From NCBI GenBank assembly GCA_964416155.1, contig CAYQCW010000002.1, forward strand, positions 140,748-204,747: a stretch of DNA of 64,000 nucleotides, given 5' to 3'. The position numbers and the translations under genes were made by a program. Below are positions 55,193 to 63,038 of this stretch, one piece after another. The notes beneath the pieces are model-generated. The model made no database searches. It was not told the origin of the DNA and was given only the letters and a program-made list of their open reading frames with translations. This DNA is from an uncultured Nitrososphaerota archaeon. GTDB lineage: Archaea; Thermoproteota; EX4484-205; JAAOZP01. Position 1 is the first letter of the stretch. Every line of letters begins with the position of its first letter.

Positions 55193-56479
55193 ATGGTTGA
55201 CAGGACTATAGTCTACGATTACATAAGCAGGGTTGAGGGACAGGGTTCTCTCGAGGTCACTGTCTCAAACGGGAAGGTTTCGGATGTGAAGCTGAAGATA
55301 TTTGAAGCGCCAAGGTTCTTTGAAGCATTCTTAAGGGGGAGGAATGCTCTTGAGCTTCCTGAATTAGCCTCTAGGATATGCGGCATATGCCCAATATCCC
55401 ATGTCATAACCGCAGCCAAGGCTGTGGAGAACGCTCTTGAAGTTTCTCTAGATGAGAGGACTATAGCGTTAAGGAAGGCGCTCGCCCTCTCGGGAATAAT
55501 GCAGAGCCATGCCCTCCACATATACTTCCTCGCAGCCCCGGACTTCCTAGGCTACCCGAGCGCGATAGCAGCCTCAAAGGATCTCGCGGATGTTGTCCGC
55601 AGAGGCTTTAGGCTTAAGAGGGTGGCGAACATGGTTTCTGAATACATAGGTGGGAGGGCTGTGCACCCCGTTACGCTTACGGTGGGAGGCTTCACGAGGC
55701 CCCCGTCTGCTGAGAGGCTAGAGGAGATTGTCAAGGCCCTCGACGATGCTTCCGAAGACGCTTTCGAAACCGTTAAGCTGGTTTCAGGCTTCAAGTACCC
55801 CGAGTTTGAGCCCAACCATGTTAACGTTGCGCTCTCAAGTGGAGACGGCTATGCGATAACAGAGGGCGTTGCGAAGACTAGTTCCGGAGAATACTTTGAA
55901 GGCAGGGACTACAGGGGACATGTGTCTGAGGAACAGGTTCCTCATTCAAACACCAAGAGGTCGATGCTGAAAAACAATAGCTCCTTCAAAGTAGGCCCGG
56001 TTTCAAGATTCAACCTTAACCATGACTCGCTGTGCGACATGGCTAAGGAGGCTGCTGAAAAAGCTGGTCTTAAGCCGCCTGTGAGAAACCCGTTTAAATC
56101 CACGGTCGTCAGGGCTGTTGAGATAGTGCAGGCGATAGAGGAGATGAGAAGCATACTGGAGGGAGGTGTGAATATTCCGCCCCCGCGGAAAACTAGGTTC
56201 CGCCAGAGCACGGGGGCAGCGTTGACCGAGGCCCCTAGAGGACTACTGTATCACTCGTACGCTATTGACAGGGATGGCAAAGTTTTGAACGCGGACATTG
56301 TTACTCCGACCGCCCACAATTCTTGGAGAATAGAGAAGGACATTTTTGAACTTGTGCCGTCAGTAGCCCACTTGGATGAAGATGCCCTAAGAAGTCTTCT
56401 CGGAATGCTTGTGAGAGCATACGATCCCTGCATATCCTGCTCGGTCCACGCCTTCACTGTTAAGCTTACCAGAAAGTAG
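55193..56479 (+). CDS. hydA: Group 3b [NiFe]-hydrogenase large (alpha) subunit
   Basis: SRVEG, EAPRFFE, L1 SRICGICPISH, L2 YDPCISCSVH + 9-aa extension. Confidence 0.93.
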   Translation: MVDRTIVYDYISRVEGQGSLEVTVSNGKVSDVKLKIFEAPRFFEAFLRGRNALELPELASRICGICPISHVITAAKAVENALEVSLDERTIALRKALALSGIMQSHALHIYFLAAPDFLGYPSAIAASKDLADVVRRGFRLKRVANMVSEYIGGRAVHPVTLTVGGFTRPPSAERLEEIVKALDDASEDAFETVKLVSGFKYPEFEPNHVNVALSSGDGYAITEGVAKTSSGEYFEGRDYRGHVSEEQVPHSNTKRSMLKNNSSFKVGPVSRFNLNHDSLCDMAKEAAEKAGLKPPVRNPFKSTVVRAVEIVQAIEEMRSILEGGVNIPPPRKTRFRQSTGAALTEAPRGLLYHSYAIDRDGKVLNADIVTPTAHNSWRIEKDIFELVPSVAHLDEDALRSLLGMLVRAYDPCISCSVHAFTVKLTRK

Positions 56480-56523
56480 GGCTCAGAAGCAACATGCTTT
56501 CTTCAAATTTCTCATTCTCCCTT

Positions 56524-57030
56524 TTAAAGACCTAAAAACGCCGCGGCTTCACGTATAGCCATAGCTATTTCATCAACAATCTTAAGACATTCGTCGGAAA
56601 TCGTTGTGCCGAGCTCAAAGTTCTCCACGCCTACTCCAAGAACTTTAACACTTGTCTCCACTGGTTTCCCCAAAGCCTCTAGAAGCAGGGGAAGCGGAAT
56701 CGCGTGCGTCGAAACCGGTGTACGCGACACTAAGTCAGGAGGGTCCAAGAGCATCAGCCTCTTCCCGTCTGGAAAAGCATCTACAACCAGCAGGTGGGAA
56801 GGCTTTTTCTCAAAAGCATAGTCGATGCAGTCTTCAATCGAAACCCCGCACTCAACAGCCTCAAACCTTTCGCTGTTAAAACGCTTCAGAACCCTGGCTA
56901 CTAGCACCCCAGCAGCATCGTCGCCCCTAAGCTCGTTCCCCACTCCCAGAACCATGAGTTTCCCGGCTCCAGACAACCATTCCCTCAAGCTCTCTCTAAC
57001 CTTCTCGCATCGGAAGCCGTTGCCCTCCAT
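56524..57030 (-). CDS. hycI: Hydrogenase maturation endopeptidase (HycI-like)
   Basis: GVGNELRGDDAAG, LLVVDA, STHAIPL. Confidence 0.88.
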   Translation of the reverse strand: MEGNGFRCEKVRESLREWLSGAGKLMVLGVGNELRGDDAAGVLVARVLKRFNSERFEAVECGVSIEDCIDYAFEKKPSHLLVVDAFPDGKRLMLLDPPDLVSRTPVSTHAIPLPLLLEALGKPVETSVKVLGVGVENFELGTTISDECLKIVDEIAMAIREAAAFLGL

Positions 57031-57145
57031 GAATACGGCATGCCTGGAGGCAGCTTATTAGCGTTCTTAACGTCTTTCAGGGTTTACGTGCAGCTTAACG
57101 TTTCGCGAAAAAGCTATATATTTTAGAGGCCTGCTTAAAAACGGG

Positions 57146-57421
57146 TTGAGTGAGGAAAAGGTTTACGTGGGTAGCGTGAGGCACTTCTTACCAAGGATCA
57201 GCGTCGCTATAGTCGACCTGGTTGGGGAGCTTAAGACCGGTGATGAGATACTTATTCAGGGCAGGACGACGAGCCTCAGGCAGAGGGTTGGGTCTATGGA
57301 GATAGAGCATAAGAGGGTTGAAGTTGCTCCAGCCGGCAGCTCAATAGGCTTGAAGACTGTTGAAAGGGTTAGGGAGGGGGACAGCGTCTACGTGGTTAAG
57401 ACTTCAGCCCAAGCTCCCTGA
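57146..57421 (+). CDS. Small beta-barrel protein (translation elongation factor domain-II-like / U32 C-terminal-like)
   Basis: VGSVRHF..ISVA, LKTGDEI, QRVGSMEIEH, IGLK..RVREGDSVY. Confidence 0.8.
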   Translation: MSEEKVYVGSVRHFLPRISVAIVDLVGELKTGDEILIQGRTTSLRQRVGSMEIEHKRVEVAPAGSSIGLKTVERVREGDSVYVVKTSAQAP

Positions 57422-58352
57422 GCCTTGCTTCGATACATAGTTTAACAGCCTCCCTGCTCGTGTGCCTCGGCCTCCAGCCGGTTGCTTTAATCCTACTTAT
57501 ATCCAGGTTCATTAGCTTAACATCCCCAATCCAGCCCCTGCCGTTTTCAACGCCTCCGGTGAAAACCTTCTCAACGCTACCGAGCCCCATTGACTCCACA
57601 ACCATGTCGGCAATCTCAGAGACAGTAACCCAATCATCAGAGCCAACGTTGTAAACCTCGTAGCCAGAGGCTTCAAAACGCTTTGAAACGTGGAGAACAG
57701 CTTCAACACAGTCGCCAACCCAAATGTACGACTTCCTCTGAGACCCGTCCCCAAGGATTTCAAGCCTCCTAGGGTTCTCCAGAAGCTTATTGATGAAGTC
57801 ATGTACCACCCCGTGTGTAAGCCTTGGGCCGACAACGTTAGCAAGCCTCAGGGATACGCCTTTCATTCCGAACGTGTGACAGTAGGATGAAACCAGGCCT
57901 TCAGCGGCTAGCTTAGCAGCCCCATAAAGGGAGATGGGCCTCAAGGGACCATAGTCCTCCGGCGTAGGGATCTTGGAAGCATCCCCGTAGACGGTGGAGG
58001 AGGATGCGAAGACGAACATTCTCACATCTGCCTTCCTAGCGTACTCAAGCATGTTGAAAGTAGCCGCAATGTTCTCCTGGAAATGTATGCGGGGGGAGGT
58101 TTCCCTGACATCCGGGTTCGCGGCGAAGTGGAAAACATACTCCACGCCGGTCTCCTCGCCAAGAAGGTCAATAATCTTAGCGTCCCCAATTACGATTCTC
58201 AACCTGCCTTTTTTAAATGCTTGTTCAACGTTTTCAAACCTGCCGGTTGAAAAATTGTCTAGAACAATGACATTCCAACCGTCTTCAACAAGCCTGTCAA
58301 CAAGGTGGCTGCCGATGAAGCCTGCGCCCCCAGTCACCAAGGCGGAAGACAT
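57396..58352 (-). CDS. galE: NAD-dependent epimerase/dehydratase (UDP-glucose 4-epimerase-like)
   Basis: TGGAGFIGSH, FHFAA, ASSSTVYG, YGAAK. Confidence 0.88.
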   Translation of the reverse strand: MSSALVTGGAGFIGSHLVDRLVEDGWNVIVLDNFSTGRFENVEQAFKKGRLRIVIGDAKIIDLLGEETGVEYVFHFAANPDVRETSPRIHFQENIAATFNMLEYARKADVRMFVFASSSTVYGDASKIPTPEDYGPLRPISLYGAAKLAAEGLVSSYCHTFGMKGVSLRLANVVGPRLTHGVVHDFINKLLENPRRLEILGDGSQRKSYIWVGDCVEAVLHVSKRFEASGYEVYNVGSDDWVTVSEIADMVVESMGLGSVEKVFTGGVENGRGWIGDVKLMNLDISRIKATGWRPRHTSREAVKLCIEARLRELGLKS

Positions 58353-58361
58353 ACTGGTTTT

Positions 58362-59606
58362 TCACCCTAGAAACGTGGCTGAAACCCCTGGACCAATGTC
58401 CGTCGTGAAAACGCTCCTTGCCCCAGCTCTTCGAAAAGCCTCCTCAACCTTGAGCGCGTCATCCATACTCCTTACGAGGGCCAGGAGCGAGCCCCCCATG
58501 CCTGCACCCGATATTTTAACCCCGAGGGCCCCAGCCTCCAAAGCATAGTCCCGCATGGCCTCAAGCTTCTCATGGCTAACCTCGTAAAGATCTCTGAGCA
58601 GAGCGTGCTGCAGGTTTACCAACTCGCCTAAAGCATGAAGCCAGTTTTCAACAGGCTTCAAACCAAGCTTCTCTAAGTCCTGGCTCCTAACCCTCCTGTA
58701 CTTAAGGATTTGAAGCGCAACCTCAGTGGAGGCTTGCATCCTCAGGGTGAACAAGACCCTTGAGACGAGCCTCGGCGGAATCACGCTCAGCAAGTCCTTC
58801 AAATACTCCTCCTTAACCATCCTCCACTCGACACTTGCAAAGTCTCCCTCAAAAATTCTCGACAGCGAGCCGCGCGAAGCCTCCCTGAGCATTTTTAATG
58901 CAGTGTTAAGCTCAAACTGTCTAGCCGAGTGTATTTCAGCCGTGCTATGCCTTACACCCGAGTCAGCCACAGTGAAGAAGATTCCTTCACCGTCAAACTC
59001 CTCCACGCTTATGCTCGGCTTAAAGTCAAGCTTTATTATTCCCCCGTATGAGGCGGCATACTGGTCGAGCCTCCCGCAGGGAATCCCCATGACATTGTGC
59101 TCAGCCTCGTACGCGAGCTCAGCCAGCCCCATTCTGCTTAAACCGAGGCCTAAAAGCTCCGAGTACATCGCAGCCAGGGAAACTTGGAGCGCAGCGCTGC
59201 TCGCCAAGCCTGAGGCCACAGGCACCTCGCTGTCGACATAGATCGCTAAGCCAGCCTCAATCATCCCATACCTCTGTGAAACAAGCCTGTGAATAGAGCG
59301 GAAATAATTTCCGAACCACTTCCCCTTTAAAAGCTCAACTTCGCCGGATTGGAAAAAATCCTCGCTCTCAACACCCTCCTTTTCAAGCGTCAACGACTTA
59401 ATCTTCACGACACCCCGCTCACCCAGCTTCGAGCAAGCCACGAAAGTTCTTTTCCAAATGGCTGCCGGAACAACCGGAAGCATCTTATAATCCTGATGCG
59501 TATTAAGAAAATCGCATCGGGCTGGGGCTGAAGAAAAACATAATATATTGCCCTTTTCAGCCATTGCTCTTTCGCAAACCTTCTTGGCGAGCCCGTTCAG
59601 TTGCAT
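58362..59606 (-). CDS. GHMP-family sugar kinase (galactokinase-like)
   Basis: APARCDFLNTHQDY, PVASGLASSAA, CGRLDQY, KISGAGMGGS. Start uncertain (59564/59606/59663). Confidence 0.88.
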   Translation of the reverse strand: MQLNGLAKKVCERAMAEKGNILCFSSAPARCDFLNTHQDYKMLPVVPAAIWKRTFVACSKLGERGVVKIKSLTLEKEGVESEDFFQSGEVELLKGKWFGNYFRSIHRLVSQRYGMIEAGLAIYVDSEVPVASGLASSAALQVSLAAMYSELLGLGLSRMGLAELAYEAEHNVMGIPCGRLDQYAASYGGIIKLDFKPSISVEEFDGEGIFFTVADSGVRHSTAEIHSARQFELNTALKMLREASRGSLSRIFEGDFASVEWRMVKEEYLKDLLSVIPPRLVSRVLFTLRMQASTEVALQILKYRRVRSQDLEKLGLKPVENWLHALGELVNLQHALLRDLYEVSHEKLEAMRDYALEAGALGVKISGAGMGGSLLALVRSMDDALKVEEAFRRAGARSVFTTDIGPGVSATFLG

Positions 59607-59788
59607 CGAAACTGTTTTCATCCGATTCGTTTTAAGCTTTTTCAAAAAAGCCGTGCTAAGCATCGAGGATATTCATAATCTTTAGGTGTAAGTCGTCTAG
59701 AGTAATAATGGGACGCTATTACTTATAAATAAGCTCCTGAAGAATATGCCCGCTTCACCAAGTCTAGATCGTGGTTTCTATGGATCCG

Positions 59789-60154
59789 CTAAACTATTCT
59801 GAAGCCCCCGATGTTAACCCGGGAGAAAGATGCACGCCACGAATTGATCTCTTTCACGCTGAAACTAGGCTGTTCAAGCAGGTTCTTGTCGGAGTGGTAT
59901 ACTAGTGTGACAACTGGTTTTCTCAGCAAGCCGCCGCTGGACAGCTTAACCTGCTCGAGAACGTTGAGGGGCATTTCAAGCCTGATGACTGTTCTCCTGT
60001 TCCTCCTGCCAACGTACTCCTCGAAGAGTATTCTGTGCGTTGTTAAAACCAGCATGCCTTTCAAAGGAGCCTCCAGGAAGGTTGACCCGCCGATGAACCT
60101 TGCAGGCCCCTCGAAAACAAGGCTTTCACCCATTGGAAGCTTCCTTTCAGACAC
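59789..60154 (-). CDS. Hypothetical protein, possible PH/GRAM-like fold
   Basis: KGMLVLTTHRILFE pattern typical of PH-like domains; SD GGTGG upstream. Confidence 0.6.
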   Translation of the reverse strand: MSERKLPMGESLVFEGPARFIGGSTFLEAPLKGMLVLTTHRILFEEYVGRRNRRTVIRLEMPLNVLEQVKLSSGGLLRKPVVTLVYHSDKNLLEQPSFSVKEINSWRASFSRVNIGGFRIV

Positions 60155-60294
60155 TTCTCCACCACCCCGTTCCCTGCCCTTTCAACGTTTTAAACGCTTA
60201 GAAGGAGGTTTTAACTTTTTAGTATGACGTTTAAACCGAGCCCACGGTGTAAAAACATATCTATATCCATGCGCAAAGTTATAAGGGAGCAGTC

Positions 60295-60867
60295 TTGTCT
60301 GAAATCGGGGAGGAGGAAACTCAGAGGTTAGCGGACCTGAAGAAATACTTGACCGTGAAGAAAGCAGAGCTTGAAGAGGAGCTTGAAAAGCTGGACAGCC
60401 TGATGCAGGTCGTAGACGATCTTTTGGCTTCCAAGAGCTTTAAAACCGGGACTGAGATGATGAAGAAGGCTGAGGTTGAGGTGGTGGTTCAAAAACTTGA
60501 GCTCACTTATAAGAACACTAAGGTTGGGGAAATAGAGGTCTACCAGACCTACGCCAAAGTCATTCCGCTTCCTGAGCTTAAGCTGAGCACAGCAGTCTCC
60601 CCGTTTGAAGCCTTCCTGGTGAGGAAGGTTCTAGAGCCCATGAGGGAGAGGGATGTGGAGCGGGCTGCTAAAAACGAGCTTAGACCGGACCAAATGTTCT
60701 CATACGACATTCTGGAAGAAGGCGGTTTGCTGAAAGCGATTATTCTCAGGAACTTTAGGGATAAGATAAGGTTGAAGGAGCTGGCGAACTCTATCTCATG
60801 GACGTTTTTCAGGATGGCTGAGAAGGAGCAGCGGGTCGCAGGCTATCCCGGCGAAAGCGGGCAGTAA
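60295..60867 (+). CDS. Hypothetical protein with N-terminal coiled coil
   Basis: E/K/L-rich heptads (LKKYLTVKKAELEEELEKLDSL); host-like codon use; GGGAG SD-like element. Confidence 0.75.
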   Translation: MSEIGEEETQRLADLKKYLTVKKAELEEELEKLDSLMQVVDDLLASKSFKTGTEMMKKAEVEVVVQKLELTYKNTKVGEIEVYQTYAKVIPLPELKLSTAVSPFEAFLVRKVLEPMRERDVERAAKNELRPDQMFSYDILEEGGLLKAIILRNFRDKIRLKELANSISWTFFRMAEKEQRVAGYPGESGQ

Positions 60868-60890
60868 AGCCTGATTTAAACATGCGAGAA

Positions 60891-61532
60891 TCATTCGCTC
60901 TCGTGAGAGTGTAATCCCATTCTCCTTACTTCTCCGTTTGGATATGTTTCCTCGAAGACGACTGCCTCGAACCTGTAGACCCTAGTTTTTTCGTCAAGCC
61001 AGCAGCCTGAGGGCAGGCCTGCTTTAACACAGGTGTAGGAGAGAAAGGTTTCAGGATTCCAGTTCTCCTCCACAGCAACCTGGGGTAGAAGGAGGCCCCT
61101 GTTGAAGCCGCGTTCAACAATAAGCCCGTCTCTACCTATCCTGACCTCTTTTGGAAGCATTCTCCTGTCTCTAACTTCTAAAAGCCTTGGAGGAGTCAAG
61201 ACGCTTACGTCTATAACGATCCTGCTCATTTCCTCAAGAGCTACTGGGGGGAACCGCGGATCCTCAACCGCTGCAGCCACAGCTGCTTCTATCAACGCTT
61301 CCACGAGTGGTTTAACAGGCTCAGGGAAGCCTATGCAGCCCCTGAGCTCTTTACGTTCCGATCCTTCCGGGCCAATAAGCCTGTTTAGAGTGACGAACAC
61401 TCCGCGGGGCTCGTGGAAAACATTCTTCAGGCCAACGGGAGGGCTTAACAGTTTTTCATCTTTTAGATACGTCTCCACGGCTTTCCTCGCAATCCTGATG
61501 AGCAGCCTACCGTCCTCTAGAGACAATTCCAT
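60891..61532 (-). CDS. AMMECR1-domain protein (AmmeMemoRadiSam protein A)
   Basis: GVFVTL, LRGCIG, EDPRF, VSVLTPP, GRDGL, GLLLPQVAVE, CVKAGL. Confidence 0.95.
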   Translation of the reverse strand: MELSLEDGRLLIRIARKAVETYLKDEKLLSPPVGLKNVFHEPRGVFVTLNRLIGPEGSERKELRGCIGFPEPVKPLVEALIEAAVAAAVEDPRFPPVALEEMSRIVIDVSVLTPPRLLEVRDRRMLPKEVRIGRDGLIVERGFNRGLLLPQVAVEENWNPETFLSYTCVKAGLPSGCWLDEKTRVYRFEAVVFEETYPNGEVRRMGLHSHESE

Positions 61533-61576
61533 CAGAATTGTTTTTCAAAAGGCTGTTAAAAGGATTATGGATGGTT

Positions 61577-62692
61577 TCAAGGCCTATCCTTGAGAGAATT
61601 CTTGTTGAAGACGAAGACCCTTATGAAGCCGGATAAAAGTATTGTAAACCAGAGCGGTGAGTAAACGAAGTATAGAAAGGCGAATTTAACCAGGTTGAAC
61701 CTGAACCCCATTTCCCTAGCGACCCTGTAGTAGAATAGTGAGAAAAACGCGAAAGCAGCTATGAGCGTTATGAGCGTCTTGGTGAAGAGAAGCAGTATCT
61801 TGACGAACAGCCCGTAGGAGAATATTGTTGCAAAGGGCAATAGGCCAGAGTACAGTGATGAGAGCGTAAGCAGCCCTACCCATATGAGCCTGTCCTCTAG
61901 AAGAGTGTTCAGGAAGAACGCTATCGTGAAGGAGGCTAGTGAAGGGATTATTAGGAATAGCAGCAGCAGTATTAACGAGGGCTCCTCCCTAATTATTTTC
62001 AAAAGCGTGCGCCAATTCTCCTTAACCCATACGGCAGCACCTATGCCCCATCTTACGCGTTGCTTAAACCAGTCCCTCCAGCTTGATGGAGTATAGTTTA
62101 TCACGCTGGGGTTCTTCACGAAGCCGAAGCGTAGCCCGGCGACGTAGCTTCTAATACCGAGGTCGAAGTCGTCAGGTATCTTAGGTCTGAAGCCCCCTAT
62201 CTTCTCGTAAGCCGGCCTCCATATTGCGAAGGCTGCACCGTTCAAACCGAGGCATTTCCCAGTCCTGCTCGCAAGAAGCATGCTTCCATAGTTGAAAGCC
62301 ATAAACTCGTAGTTTACTGTCTGAGCGAGTAGTCCTTCTCCCCCAACGGTTTTCATGAACTCCCCGATCTCAAACCCTTTCATCGACTCTACAGCCTTAG
62401 ACAGGAAGCCCTCACCCGTTATACGCACATCGTCATCCAAAAAGACGAGAAGGTCGCCTGAGGACTGTTTAAAAGCCTCCATAAGGGCGCTTACCCTTCC
62501 CTCTCTACTTTGACGGAAGATGGTTTTCACAGGCTGATGCCTGAGTTTCTCAGCGACCTCGGCGGAGGGGGCGTCTACAACGACAAGCACCTCCTTATTA
62601 CGGTAATCGTCTTCAACAAGCTTGTTGACGAGCTCAACTAGCTGAGGAGAGCCTTTGAACGACGGGATTATCACTGATACTTTCACATCCAT
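61577..62692 (-). CDS. GT2 glycosyltransferase with C-terminal TM helices
   Basis: VSVIIP, VFLDDD, DDFDL, QRVRW (QxxRW motif). Confidence 0.92.
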   Translation of the reverse strand: MDVKVSVIIPSFKGSPQLVELVNKLVEDDYRNKEVLVVVDAPSAEVAEKLRHQPVKTIFRQSREGRVSALMEAFKQSSGDLLVFLDDDVRITGEGFLSKAVESMKGFEIGEFMKTVGGEGLLAQTVNYEFMAFNYGSMLLASRTGKCLGLNGAAFAIWRPAYEKIGGFRPKIPDDFDLGIRSYVAGLRFGFVKNPSVINYTPSSWRDWFKQRVRWGIGAAVWVKENWRTLLKIIREEPSLILLLLFLIIPSLASFTIAFFLNTLLEDRLIWVGLLTLSSLYSGLLPFATIFSYGLFVKILLLFTKTLITLIAAFAFFSLFYYRVAREMGFRFNLVKFAFLYFVYSPLWFTILLSGFIRVFVFNKNSLKDRP

Positions 62693-62800
62693 CTCCCGAC
62701 ACTGCTTTAGGCTTTAACACACGTGTAAAAGGTTATTAAACGTTTTACGGCCTTTTTAGAAGGCTCCATATAAATCTTACTGTCGGAAATTACGGCTGAC

Positions 62801-62975
62801 CGCAAGCGAAAACTTGCGCTCACACACGCCATGAACGCGGTTCAATCACGTTTCTAAACATGATAGCGCACGCTCGCGCGCTACGTATGTTTTCCTCAGA
62901 TTCAGAGGGAACCAACACATTGGGGAAACTAGATAGTTTTAATCGTCGCATGCTTTTCATGAGGTGAAGCATGCG
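62801..62975. repeat. Array of ~8 adjacent short inverted repeats
   Basis: CGCAAG/CTTGCG, TGAAC/GTTCA, ATCAcGTTT/AAACaTGAT, TAGCGC/GCGCTA, TTCCTC/GAGGGA, CCAA/TTGG, AAACTA/TAGTTT, CGCATGCTT/AAGCATGCG. Confidence 0.5.
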
Positions 62976-63038
62976 CATAAATCCTTCAGAAAAAGTTAAA
63001 ACCCCTTTCTCGCAACACTTATGAAAAGGCGAGAAGGA

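Noticed and set aside
47566-56479. Selenocysteine or inteins in the hydrogenase subunits
   Set aside because: Both L2 motifs use Cys codons, there is no in-frame TGA, and lengths are normal.
59695-59770. Short inverted repeats (AGTAATA/TATTACT, TGAAG/CTTCA, two TCTAGA)
   Set aside because: Short AT-rich stems in a terminator/promoter gap; insufficient evidence for an RNA gene.
60891-61532. Complete AmmeMemoRadiSam system
   Set aside because: Only the AMMECR1 protein is here; no Memo gene or cognate radical SAM gene is adjacent.
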